DNA of 28,117 nt from a virus (lineage: Duplodnaviria > Caudoviricetes): positions 1 through 28,117 of IMG/VR virus record IMGVR_UViG_3300012346_000372; one strand, 5' to 3'. Numbering within the stretch: position 1 is the first letter of the stretch; each line of letters starts with the position of its first letter. Positions 8,550 through 17,836 of the stretch are shown here, in pieces. The notes beneath the pieces are model-generated. The model made no database searches. It was not told the origin of the DNA and saw only the letters and a program-made list of their open reading frames with translations. The translations under genes were made by a program, and so were the position numbers.

Positions 8550-10661
8550 TTATTTATTTAAAAATTTTGCTTTTGTTTTTCCGTTTACAATATTAATTTC
8601 CGCTTCGATAATTTCGTACTTTGTTTCAGAAATTACCACATCATTTTGAAGTCTAAAACCTAAAGGCGTGAACCCTATATTTTCGTTTAGATAAATTTCA
8701 TTTGGTGGTAACTCCAAACTTATAGCGTGTTCCAACGTATTGGGATTTAATAACAATTCCGTTTGTTGTCTGTAATAGTTGTAGTACAAAGACAAAGGAT
8801 AAGAAGTGTTATTGCTTACCAATATCGAGAACCCAAACGAATATCCATTATTTAAATTGAAAGGAGTTGACTTTTGATATTGTCCTAAAATGCTATTCAC
8901 TAAAACGCCTGAGCTGTTAATATTTTGACATCCTAAATTGTCAATCCCTGTTGGATTTCCTTTATAGAAAATAGTCAATTCATCTTCATTTGGAGTGTAG
9001 CGAAATAGTCCGCTTTCAAATGTTGGTGCATCGCTTGTAAAACCGTAGCACGTTTGTATCGTACTTCCATTAATTGTTACAGGCGGAATAATTGAAAAAC
9101 CACTTTCTATAATGTATTCCTTTGCTTGTGGTGGCTTAACTGTTGGATAAGTAATTTGTCCGTACTCTAAAGCGAATTGATTTTTAAAATCTACATTGCT
9201 CTTATACTTACTTTCTTTGTGTTTGAAATTGTAATAGGTAAAATCTTCTAAAACTTTTTTGTCAACTTTTGACAGGTCCGCAAATCTTGTATAGTCAGTT
9301 TCACGCTTGCCATAAACAGCAACTTCATTTTCAATATCTTCAATAGTTAAGAAGTCTAAATTTTCATTATTTAGCGAACTATCAAATATTGATATATTGA
9401 AAGTCTTAATTATCGAAGTTATAAAATCCATTACTTTAGTATCTGGAATACATTTAAGTAAGTCTATTTTATTAAAATTCGTAAAAGCAATATTGTTATT
9501 GTTGATACTTCTAACGATATGATTAGTACCAGTTAAATTTACAAATCTAATTTCAAAACTTGACCAACTTACATTTTTATCACATTCTAAATTTATATAA
9601 AATTCAGATTGATTAGAAGCAAACATTGTACCAGGTAAAGCGAAACTATTAAGCTCCGAACCTTGCGTTAATGTAAATTCACACGTGTAAAAATACGCCC
9701 CAGTTGCTTTGCTTATTAAGTGCAATTTACAAGGGATGTCGTTTTCGTTTCCTGTTATAAAAGTATTGTTAAAAATGAATTGACAAACGTTGTTTATTGT
9801 TGCAGTTCGTGTTATTAAAATGGAACTATCCGCTAAATTCGCAACCGCTGTTATTGGATTAGTTCCACTTGTCAAAGTTGTGAACTGATTAAACAACCTT
9901 AACCTTTCATTTCTATTTTGCGTAAAGTTAGAACCATTGCACCATAAATACGCTTCAGAAAATTCAATTCTATTTTCTAAAGGCATTGTAATTTGTAAAG
10001 CATATTTATTTTTAATCAATCCAAATAAAGACTTCATAGAAACAGCTGGTCTGACTTCGCCCGAGTTTATAACCTTTGTACTTGTTGCTGAATTTCCTGA
10101 CTTGTAATGGATGTTATCTTCTGTATTCGTTTCTTCATTGTAGCTCCAAACTCTATTATTTGAAATTAGTGGCGTATAGTAGTCAACTCCTGAAACTGTT
10201 TGCTTATTTTTAATTGAATTGAACATCTTTGCTGGTGTCCAATTGATATTTATAGTGTCAAGGTCGCTTAACTTATCATCTCCTATTCTATCTTTTAAAG
10301 ATAAAATATTGGAATTAAAAGAAACGTTAAAACTCGATGCCTTTCCGTTCGTGTATTTTACGTTTTCGATTTTTAAAAGTCCTGTATTATTCAAAAAGCT
10401 ATTCACATAAATTTTACATTTCAAGATATTAGAACCTGACAAACGAATAACCTCCGTTTTACCAAAGAATCCAAACGCTTGCATATTCTTTTCGGTTGCT
10501 TCGACTGAAAAGCCATTCGAAAATGGTGCGAAAACCTTGCTTAAATCCTTAGTATCTTTTTTTAAATACTTAATTACTATACTCTCATCCTTTAATAAAT
10601 CTAATTTCGTATAGTTTTCGCCATCTTTACTGACAAAAATCTCACATCTTAAGTCTGCCAT
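8550..10661 (-). CDS. Tail tip/baseplate hub-like protein
   Basis: 703 aa adjacent to tape measure; LDL..DESI.I...D.KD..KVF..FS..F N-terminus typical of Bacteroidota phage tail proteins. Confidence 0.6.
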   Translation of the reverse strand: MADLRCEIFVSKDGENYTKLDLLKDESIVIKYLKKDTKDLSKVFAPFSNGFSVEATEKNMQAFGFFGKTEVIRLSGSNILKCKIYVNSFLNNTGLLKIENVKYTNGKASSFNVSFNSNILSLKDRIGDDKLSDLDTININWTPAKMFNSIKNKQTVSGVDYYTPLISNNRVWSYNEETNTEDNIHYKSGNSATSTKVINSGEVRPAVSMKSLFGLIKNKYALQITMPLENRIEFSEAYLWCNGSNFTQNRNERLRLFNQFTTLTSGTNPITAVANLADSSILITRTATINNVCQFIFNNTFITGNENDIPCKLHLISKATGAYFYTCEFTLTQGSELNSFALPGTMFASNQSEFYINLECDKNVSWSSFEIRFVNLTGTNHIVRSINNNNIAFTNFNKIDLLKCIPDTKVMDFITSIIKTFNISIFDSSLNNENLDFLTIEDIENEVAVYGKRETDYTRFADLSKVDKKVLEDFTYYNFKHKESKYKSNVDFKNQFALEYGQITYPTVKPPQAKEYIIESGFSIIPPVTINGSTIQTCYGFTSDAPTFESGLFRYTPNEDELTIFYKGNPTGIDNLGCQNINSSGVLVNSILGQYQKSTPFNLNNGYSFGFSILVSNNTSYPLSLYYNYYRQQTELLLNPNTLEHAISLELPPNEIYLNENIGFTPLGFRLQNDVVISETKYEIIEAEINIVNGKTKAKFLNK

Positions 10662-11815
10662 TAGCGTATATTATTTATTTTGCTGTTAGTTTCTTTGAAA
10701 TTGATAGTAAAATCAATAGCATTTCTGTTATTCAACCTTACTTTTCGCTCGAAGTCGCTGTTTGTTACCGTTACAGGAATTTGTCTATGCGTTTTAAAGT
10801 ACGCTAAATACTCATCCGTTACACTTAATCCATCAATTGAAGTGTTTAAATCGTCGATTGTTATATAAGTATTATCAATAGTTATGCCCTCAGTAGTGGT
10901 TATGTTTAAATCGCCTTTAAATTCGATTAAGTAAACTTTTGGTGATAAAAATATCTCTTCTACTTGCGCTACCATATCAGGGCGCAATAGTCCTGTATTA
11001 ATAGCGTAACTTTGAGTAACACTACTTATTGTTCTTATTTCAGAGTGCATGAATGAATTATCTACATACGATGGATTTCTGAAACTTCGATTGCTTGTTT
11101 CGCTTTCAATTTTAGAAGTTACCGATACTTTTCCATGTGGCGTAAACATTTCAAATAGTCCTACCTTATTCAAATAAACTATTAAATAGTTTTCTTGTGA
11201 ACATCTTAAATATCCTGTTGGTGGTGTTACATCAGTTACCGATATTAAATTTGCACTTGTAGCGGTTTCTAAAGACTTTGTTAAATCGAAATTTTGAGCT
11301 ATGTAGTTGTGTATTCTTGGGTTGTAATATTTGTTATACGACCCTGCAAAGCCTAAAGAACCGCCTGTGTTAATATTAATAGGATTAAAAAGATTTTGTT
11401 CGTAATTCCATTTATAACCCAACGTTGCAAAGTTGGTATTGAAATTATAACGAGTTGTTCCACTTGCTGTTGTTACATCTGCTACAATTTGCCAAAAGCA
11501 ACCCTGACCTGTTATAGTCGGGTTTGCTAATTCATTATAAACAAAATTTGGCTGGCTTGTATTTGATGCGTTTGGTGGTGCCACTAAAAAAGAACGTATA
11601 TAGTCGCTAATTTCAAAATGTACATAGTCATCATCCGCACTTACTCTATTCTTAAATAAAGTTACGTTTGGAATAGTTAACGTTTGGTTAAGCGAACCAT
11701 TCCAAACATACAGATATACATACGCTGATAATATACCAGCATATTCTAAATTTATATTTATAGGTGAATTGCAAAAAGTAATTTGCTGAGGTGTTGAAAT
11801 TGCTGTTGGTGTCAT
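10661..11815 (-). CDS. Distal tail (Dit-like) structural protein
   Basis: 384 aa; YLNKVG and INTG....EIFLSPKVY motifs; position upstream of the hub gene. Confidence 0.55.
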   Translation of the reverse strand: MTPTAISTPQQITFCNSPININLEYAGILSAYVYLYVWNGSLNQTLTIPNVTLFKNRVSADDDYVHFEISDYIRSFLVAPPNASNTSQPNFVYNELANPTITGQGCFWQIVADVTTASGTTRYNFNTNFATLGYKWNYEQNLFNPININTGGSLGFAGSYNKYYNPRIHNYIAQNFDLTKSLETATSANLISVTDVTPPTGYLRCSQENYLIVYLNKVGLFEMFTPHGKVSVTSKIESETSNRSFRNPSYVDNSFMHSEIRTISSVTQSYAINTGLLRPDMVAQVEEIFLSPKVYLIEFKGDLNITTTEGITIDNTYITIDDLNTSIDGLSVTDEYLAYFKTHRQIPVTVTNSDFERKVRLNNRNAIDFTINFKETNSKINNIR

Positions 11816-12144
11816 TTCTTAAAAGGTTTCAATAACGAATCGTTAATATTTTTAATTATAATTTTTGTTGCTTTTGGTATGTTGTTATTAACAGCAATTA
11901 GCAAAGCATTTTTTTCGCCTGAATTTTTACCAGCTGGGTAATTAAAAGCGCCGTAATACATTTGTGTCATTACCAATCTTGTATCACCCTCAACTCTAAA
12001 ATTCTGTTCATCTTGCAAACGCCCTGTGTCACGTCTTGAATTTGGAACCGACTCTTCTAAAATTTCATCACCTAAAATAAGTAATTGCTTTTTAATAATT
12101 CTGTCGGATTGAATCTGTTCTTTACTCCTTCTCTTTGTCGCCAT
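11812..12144 (-). CDS. HK97 gp10-like tail completion/neck protein
   Basis: RRDTGRL motif and YYG; basic; 110 aa. Confidence 0.55.
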   Translation of the reverse strand: MATKRRSKEQIQSDRIIKKQLLILGDEILEESVPNSRRDTGRLQDEQNFRVEGDTRLVMTQMYYGAFNYPAGKNSGEKNALLIAVNNNIPKATKIIIKNINDSLLKPFKK

Positions 12145-12511
12145 CTTTTTTTTTCTTTACCGATGCAATCAATCTTTTTATATTTGAGCTACTACTACGA
12201 CTTGCCGAAGCTATCGCACTTCTTTGACTTCTGCGCCCCGTTTTACTTCTGCTAACCTCAACGGTCTTACCACCAAATTCAGTCAATTCAATTTTATAAG
12301 GTATTCCATTTGGCATATAACTTTTTGCAAGTTCTTCGAGTTGTGAATTATCACCATACACACCGTAAAAGATTTGTCTAAAAGTAACCACACCACGAAC
12401 ATACGTAAAAGCAATAGAACGCTTTAATGTTCCTTGGTCAACCCGGGCGGTGCTTTTGGCTTTCTGCACGATGTTTGACGCAATTGCTCTTATTTCTTGT
12501 TCTTCTAACAT
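12122..12511 (-). CDS. HK97 gp10-like tail completion/neck protein (paralog)
   Basis: ARVDQGTLKRSI motif and FYG; basic; 129 aa. Confidence 0.55.
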   Translation of the reverse strand: MLEEQEIRAIASNIVQKAKSTARVDQGTLKRSIAFTYVRGVVTFRQIFYGVYGDNSQLEELAKSYMPNGIPYKIELTEFGGKTVEVSRSKTGRRSQRSAIASASRSSSSNIKRLIASVKKKKDGDKEKE

Positions 12512-12699
12512 TAAAAAATATAGATTTTATCTTTTGTTATTTCAATATCATAATGAGTTGTTTCAACTTCCCCACAATTAACATAATAAATAACTCCAGA
12601 AGGTCTTATTATAATTCCTGTTATAATTCTTTTCTTTTGGTCTTCATCTGTTATTAAATACACAAAATCACCAATACTATGTTTTGTTTTTATTTCCAT
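12511..12699 (-). CDS. Small SH3/KOW-like hypothetical protein
   Basis: ATG at 12699 preferred; TKHSIGDFVYL N-terminus typical of small beta-barrel phage proteins. Confidence 0.5.
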   Translation of the reverse strand: MEIKTKHSIGDFVYLITDEDQKKRIITGIIIRPSGVIYYVNCGEVETTHYDIEITKDKIYIF

Positions 12700-12701
12700 A
12701 A

Positions 12702-13154
12702 TTAACACGAACTCCCCTCGTTTGGAATTGCTAAGTCAATATCTAACTGCACACCATCTAAATTAGACAAACCAAACTCTTTTAAAATCTTATTTGTTCC
12801 TTGCTGTACTATTTCAATATCGTAATCATTATTTTGTCTTACAAGGTAGTTAACAACCTTATTCAATATCGAGTGCGTTTCATTCAGGTTGTCAACATAG
12901 TTTGTATTGCTTAATAATTTAGAATCAATCTTAATAGGTTTAATGTCCCTTTGCTGTAATATTGTAATTCTAAACGAAAATACAATTGCTTGGTCTTGCG
13001 TTTCCGTTTCTCTTAAATCCAAATTAACAAGCGGATATATATTTTCTTTGTTGGAATCAATATCCATAGTATTAACCATAGAAATAGTATTAACAAGGTC
13101 GTTTGATTGAAACAACCCTATTAAAAAATCATAAATTTTACTAACTTCATTCAT
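12702..13154 (-). CDS. Putative tail terminator protein
   Basis: 150 aa acidic; KENIYPLVN and DNLNETHSIL motifs; tail-module context. Confidence 0.55.
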   Translation of the reverse strand: MNEVSKIYDFLIGLFQSNDLVNTISMVNTMDIDSNKENIYPLVNLDLRETETQDQAIVFSFRITILQQRDIKPIKIDSKLLSNTNYVDNLNETHSILNKVVNYLVRQNNDYDIEIVQQGTNKILKEFGLSNLDGVQLDIDLAIPNEGSSC

Positions 13155-13156
13155 AA

Positions 13157-13419
13157 CTACTTCGTATTTTCAACTATTCTTTTTCTCAATAAATATTCCC
13201 CAATAAAAAGAAAATCTTCTGTTTTCCAATTTAAAACTTCTTCTCTCTTTGTAAAATCCCCTTTACAGATTAAATAGATTATTTCTAAATAAGCACCATA
13301 ATATTCTGCGAATTCTTCACGGTCAAGTGTTCCCTGAGTTATATCCCCAGTATTCGCTTGTATGGGCGGGTTGTAAATATATTCGTACTGCTCCCGTATT
13401 TCACTTGACCTTTTATAAA
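13157..13419 (-). CDS. -1 frameshift extension of tail assembly chaperone (gpT-like segment)
   Basis: Start-less open frame YKRSSEIREQYEYIYNPP...EFAEYYGAYLEIIYLICKGDFTKREEVLNWKTEDFLFIGEYLLRKRIVENTK* fills the gap exactly to 13157; entered by a -1 slip at CTT TTT (13422-13417). Confidence 0.7.
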
Positions 13420-13794
13420 AAGTTGTAACGCATGTTCAGCATCTGCAACTGATAATTTATTAATATCAAACTTTTGCCAAAAATAATAAGGCTTTAAGAT
13501 ATATGATAACAACTCAGGAATATCCCCATCGGTAGCCCTTGTATCTGCATTTATCCATTCCCTAGCGGGTCTAAAAGATAAGTCTATGTTGTATTTAAAC
13601 TTTGCCTTTTCTTTCGAGTGTAAAGCATTTGCAAATAGTTCAACATAAGCAGCTTTACCTTCTGTAACATTTGGGTAAAAGTGTTCTATTACCTTATCCG
13701 CTACAAATTCTAAATTATCTTCTTGCCCCTCGATTTCTTTGTGAAATTTTAGGAACTGCAAATAGTTTATATCATTCTTACTTTTGATACTCAT
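13339..13794 (-). CDS. Tail assembly chaperone (gpG-like)
   Basis: 151 aa with an overlapping -1 frame near its 3' end. Confidence 0.65.
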   Translation of the reverse strand: MSIKSKNDINYLQFLKFHKEIEGQEDNLEFVADKVIEHFYPNVTEGKAAYVELFANALHSKEKAKFKYNIDLSFRPAREWINADTRATDGDIPELLSYILKPYYFWQKFDINKLSVADAEHALQLFIKGQVKYGSSTNIFTTRPYKRILGI

Positions 13795-13984
13795 AAATAG
13801 CTTTTAATTTTGAAGCATCGAACGGCTCGGATTCCCCAAACAATTCAACAAATACTTCTTTATTATTCAATTCTTTTTTATCAAGTGGTCTAAATTCATT
13901 TCTAAGAAACGGATGCACCATTTTTAAAAAGTCCTTTGTGTGAACTTTTCCCAATTCTTTTAATTCAATTTTTTTCTTTGCCAT
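13778..13984 (-). CDS. Hypothetical protein
   Basis: 68 aa ORF coupled between terL and the chaperone. Confidence 0.55.
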   Translation of the reverse strand: MAKKKIELKELGKVHTKDFLKMVHPFLRNEFRPLDKKELNNKEVFVELFGESEPFDASKLKAIYEYQK

Positions 13985-13987
13985 ATC

Positions 13988-15289
13988 TTATGCGCTTACT
14001 GATTGATTTTTGCTTAACACCATAGACACAGCATATCTAAAAGCGTCTATTGCGTGGTTATTATCGTCTATTGGTTCATCCTGTCTTTTGTCACTCCAGC
14101 GATAATTGTCTAATTCCCTCTGTAAATTTACGGAATTTTTATCAATTATCAAATCATAATTCAATATAGTATTGATTGAATCGACAATCTTAGGCTTTTT
14201 AACCTCTCTAATGTATAAACCTTTATTTTTTAATTCTTTGATAAACATCGGAACAGCGGAGTCACACCAAATTCTGTTATAGCCTACTTCATCTTTTATG
14301 CCCTCGTAAATAGTGTCGTTTGTTTGATGCGTTTTATAAAAAATTTCTTTAAGGTAAATTGTCTTTTCTTTTTTATCTACATGAACTTTTACGACTGCGG
14401 TTGGGTGTGTGTAACCCTGATCCATTCCATAAATCGGAGGTGCTGGTAAATCTTCTGGAAATTCTCCAACGTTATAAGAAAATATAACACCCTCAGCAAC
14501 ATCCCGAAAAGAACCTAAAACAACATTCTTAAATTCGATTGCGTCACGTTTTACTTTTGTAGGTAAATCGTTTCTTAATTTTACATCAATAGTTAAATAA
14601 TTTTCGTACACTTCTTTTAACCTTTCATATTCTAACCAGTTATGTGGTGCCATATTTTCCTGACCGTTGTCTATGTAGTTGGTATGTATATATAGGATAT
14701 TATCAATAACGCCGTTAAAACCCTCGGGAACGCTCTCGTAAAATGTTTTATATAACCAATGCGTTTTAGTTGGTGGATTAAAAGAAATTATAGACAAACA
14801 CTGCACATCAGTTGCACGCATAGAGCGTTTAATTTTCACCCATTCATCATAAGATGTCAACTCTTCTCCTTCATCGGTTATAAAAATAGAATAATCTTCT
14901 AATGATTTCAATTTAGCCGTTTGAGTTCCTACGCTGGTCTTTTGTCCTGTAATGGTTATTTTGCCGTTGCTTAATTTGTGAGTGTAGTTGTTATTTGCAA
15001 ATTCGTATTCGTGTGATACTCCCAACATTTCTAATCTATTATCGAGTGCTGAGGTTATAGAGTTGTCAGTACTTGACATAGTTTGTCGCGTGTATAAAAT
15101 TCTATGATTATAATCGGAGCTTGCAACTCCTACAAATGTTGATAAAGCAAATGATTTGCCACTATCACGACCTCCAGAAATTAAAATAGTATCAACTTTT
15201 GATAAATCGAAAAGGGCATGATTTTCATCTACGCCCTTTGCTTTCAATATTTGAAATAATGGATTATATTTTTTACTAAATTTTATCAA
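13988..15289 (-). CDS. terL: Terminase large subunit (PBSX-like)
   Basis: Walker A GGRDSGKS, Walker B FITDEGEE, SFNPP coupling motif, nuclease GMDQG...DSA...NHAIDAFRYA. Confidence 0.95.
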   Translation of the reverse strand: MIKFSKKYNPLFQILKAKGVDENHALFDLSKVDTILISGGRDSGKSFALSTFVGVASSDYNHRILYTRQTMSSTDNSITSALDNRLEMLGVSHEYEFANNNYTHKLSNGKITITGQKTSVGTQTAKLKSLEDYSIFITDEGEELTSYDEWVKIKRSMRATDVQCLSIISFNPPTKTHWLYKTFYESVPEGFNGVIDNILYIHTNYIDNGQENMAPHNWLEYERLKEVYENYLTIDVKLRNDLPTKVKRDAIEFKNVVLGSFRDVAEGVIFSYNVGEFPEDLPAPPIYGMDQGYTHPTAVVKVHVDKKEKTIYLKEIFYKTHQTNDTIYEGIKDEVGYNRIWCDSAVPMFIKELKNKGLYIREVKKPKIVDSINTILNYDLIIDKNSVNLQRELDNYRWSDKRQDEPIDDNNHAIDAFRYAVSMVLSKNQSVSA

Positions 15290-15548
15290 TGAACTCTATT
15301 TTTGGTCGTTCAGTAACTTGTATTTCTCCTACATAGTCAATTGATTTTAGAGTAGGTAAACAGAATTTCGCCATTTCAATAGTATATTTTACTCTTTCAG
15401 TTGGTTTCAACTCTTCAAAATCCGCTTGTAGTTGTTCTAAGTTGCCTTCTACTAACATTTGAAATTTCTCTCTAATGTCTTTCATGTCTTTGTTTGGTAC
15501 TCCTTTTGGTCTACCTCCTGCCTTTGCATTGTTTATCGGTGCTGCCAT
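15276..15548 (-). CDS. terS: Terminase small subunit
   Basis: GGRPKGVPNK motif; directly upstream of and overlapping terL. Confidence 0.75.
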   Translation of the reverse strand: MAAPINNAKAGGRPKGVPNKDMKDIREKFQMLVEGNLEQLQADFEELKPTERVKYTIEMAKFCLPTLKSIDYVGEIQVTERPKIEFIDKI

Positions 15549-15591
15549 AATAACTGATTTTTAAATATTGTTTTTCAGTTGGTAAATATTA

Positions 15592-15599
15592 CAAATGTA
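15592..15599 (-). promoter_or_regulatory. Putative -7 promoter box for the packaging/tail operon
   Basis: TACATTTG 43 nt upstream of terS. Confidence 0.5.
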
Positions 15600-15604
15600 C
15601 TAAT

Positions 15605-15736
15605 TTATTTCAATCCGTAATAGATATAATCTAATTTTTTAATAATTTCTTTTAATCGTGTTGGATTTTCTTTTGATACGTAAAGTTTACGCTTTTCAAT
15701 TTCGAGTTCTTGAAATGTTGGCTTTTTAGGTTTCAT
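15605..15736 (-). CDS. Small hypothetical protein (43 aa)
   Basis: MKPKKPTFQELEIEKRKLYVSKENPTRLKEIIKKLDYIYYGLK*, below the ORF track cutoff. Confidence 0.5.
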   Translation of the reverse strand: MKPKKPTFQELEIEKRKLYVSKENPTRLKEIIKKLDYIYYGLK

Positions 15737-15737
15737 C

Positions 15738-15955
<218 letters not shown>

Positions 15956-15972
<17 letters not shown>

Positions 15973-17008
15973 CGGAAAAATCTTGCAAAAAATAACCACC
16001 TTTTGGCACGTCTTGATTTATCCAATTCATTTCTTTTGCATATGTTAAAAATTGCTTAATTGCATTATCACCCATATCGGTTGTATTTTCTCTTACCTTT
16101 TCAATTAATACGCTATACCCTAAATTTTGGCTCTTTTTAAGCCCTTTGTAGCACTCTAATAGTACATTGTATCTTTCTGTATTGCTTAAAGTTTTTCGTG
16201 CCTTACGTCCAGCCTTTGGAAGTTCATAGCATTGCTCCATAATTTCAGGCATACCTTCATTAATTCTAAATGAAAAATTGTCAGGTTTTGCGTTACGTGT
16301 TTGTAATGCTTCGACTATTTTAATACTATCATCTTCTTTACTTGAAGAAATTTGCAATACAGTTTCTGACTTATTCATTAAAATAGTACCTAAGTGACCA
16401 CGCATTTTAGTGCTATCGCTTGGGTTTTGATGCAATACATAACCGATAGCAACATCATTAATAGTCGCCCATTTACGGAGAGTGTCTGACATTTCAGTAG
16501 CTAAAATTTCATCGTTAATTGATTTTACTAAGTCAGCAATTCCATCGATAATAACAAGCCCAACACCTTCAGTATTTTGTATTAGATATTCAGTGTATGC
16601 TCGACGCATATCGGTGTTAACTGCATCAAATGCATACATTAAAAGATTGTCGATTTTGTAATCTTCTACCATTTTTTTAACTCTTTGAATAGCTAATGCA
16701 ACGTGATAATCTGATTGCTCCGTGTCTATGTATATAATTTTATCTTTGCCTTTTGGCAAGTACGAAGATAGCATTCCCATTTCGCCTTTTTTAAGCACAG
16801 TAGCGTTAATAAGTGCCATTAAAAAAGACTTGCCTACTTTTGCTTTCCCTGTAATTCCAAAAATATTTTTTCTAGTGGATATGATTTTACCACCTACTTG
16901 CAATACTGTTTCTGGTTTTGGAATTTGGTCTGTTGGTCTTATTCTGTATTTCTCAACGTTTGAAAAATCAAGCTTTTGTGGTTTATCTACTTTTATTTTT
17001 TCAAACAT
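15956..17008 (-). CDS. AAA_25/RepA-like (SF4-type) replicative helicase/ATPase
   Basis: Walker A GKAKVGKS, YIDTEQS, Walker B IIDGIADL, VLHQNP, MRGHLG; C-terminal winged-helix-like segment. Confidence 0.8.
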
Positions 17009-17483
17009 GATTTTTAAATTTTTGTATTGTTAAATTTACATTTGTTTCCAGGTGCGAAGTTACATTTTCTGTGGTCCAAAAATCCCAAATATGAACAAAT
17101 TCTTTTTCTAAATTTGGAAATTCTTTTAATTTCTCACGTGCTTTTGTTGGTGAAAGTATTGCAAAAAAATCATCTGTAATAACTTTGCATAATTCAGTTT
17201 GTTTAATTTGTGCCGTTAAAAATTCAATACGATAATCTATATTTTCGGCTAACAATTCGTTTAATTTTTCAGTTGCTATATTTACGCACTTGTAATGCCT
17301 TGTAAATTCTTGCAAGTTATAAGCGTATAATTTAGCAAATAATAAATTATCCTGAATAGTTTTAGTTTGCGTTTGTTCTAAGACTTCTAAAATGCAGTTA
17401 AAAGCTTCGATGTCTTTTTCGTTTGGTCTGTTAGATTTTGATATTGTGAATCCCAATCTACTTACGGCTTCTTTTAATTTCAT
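17001..17483 (-). CDS. Hypothetical protein
   Basis: 160 aa helical ORF, translationally coupled on both sides. Confidence 0.6.
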   Translation of the reverse strand: MKLKEAVSRLGFTISKSNRPNEKDIEAFNCILEVLEQTQTKTIQDNLLFAKLYAYNLQEFTRHYKCVNIATEKLNELLAENIDYRIEFLTAQIKQTELCKVITDDFFAILSPTKAREKLKEFPNLEKEFVHIWDFWTTENVTSHLETNVNLTIQKFKNHV

Positions 17484-17836
17484 AATATTGGAACTACTTT
17501 GTTAATAAAATCTTCTAAACTACGAACTAAAATGTAATCGCCTTTAATATCGTTTACACGTTTTTCGAATATAAATTGCTCTTTGCTTTGCGAACCTGTT
17601 GAGGTTTTAACCTCTACTGTTATGTATCTTTTATCAGGACAAAGTATGATTAAGTCAGATGCACCTTTTAAAAGTCCATTTTTTTGTAAATTAGAAAGTA
17701 TTTGTGTCATTATTTTAAGAGGTAAAGGATACGGAATTTCATTTGGTACTGAAAAAATTATGTGAGTTTTAAAATAATTTTTATTCATAAATAAAATTAT
17801 ATCCTGTTGGTGCTTTGATTCAAGTTCTTTGCGCAT
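17480..17836 (-). CDS. VRR-NUC domain nuclease
   Basis: ES..Q, FSVPNE, GASDL, VEVKT..G.QS.EQ..F, VRSLEDF. Confidence 0.85.
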   Translation of the reverse strand: MRKELESKHQQDIILFMNKNYFKTHIIFSVPNEIPYPLPLKIMTQILSNLQKNGLLKGASDLIILCPDKRYITVEVKTSTGSQSKEQFIFEKRVNDIKGDYILVRSLEDFINKVVPIL

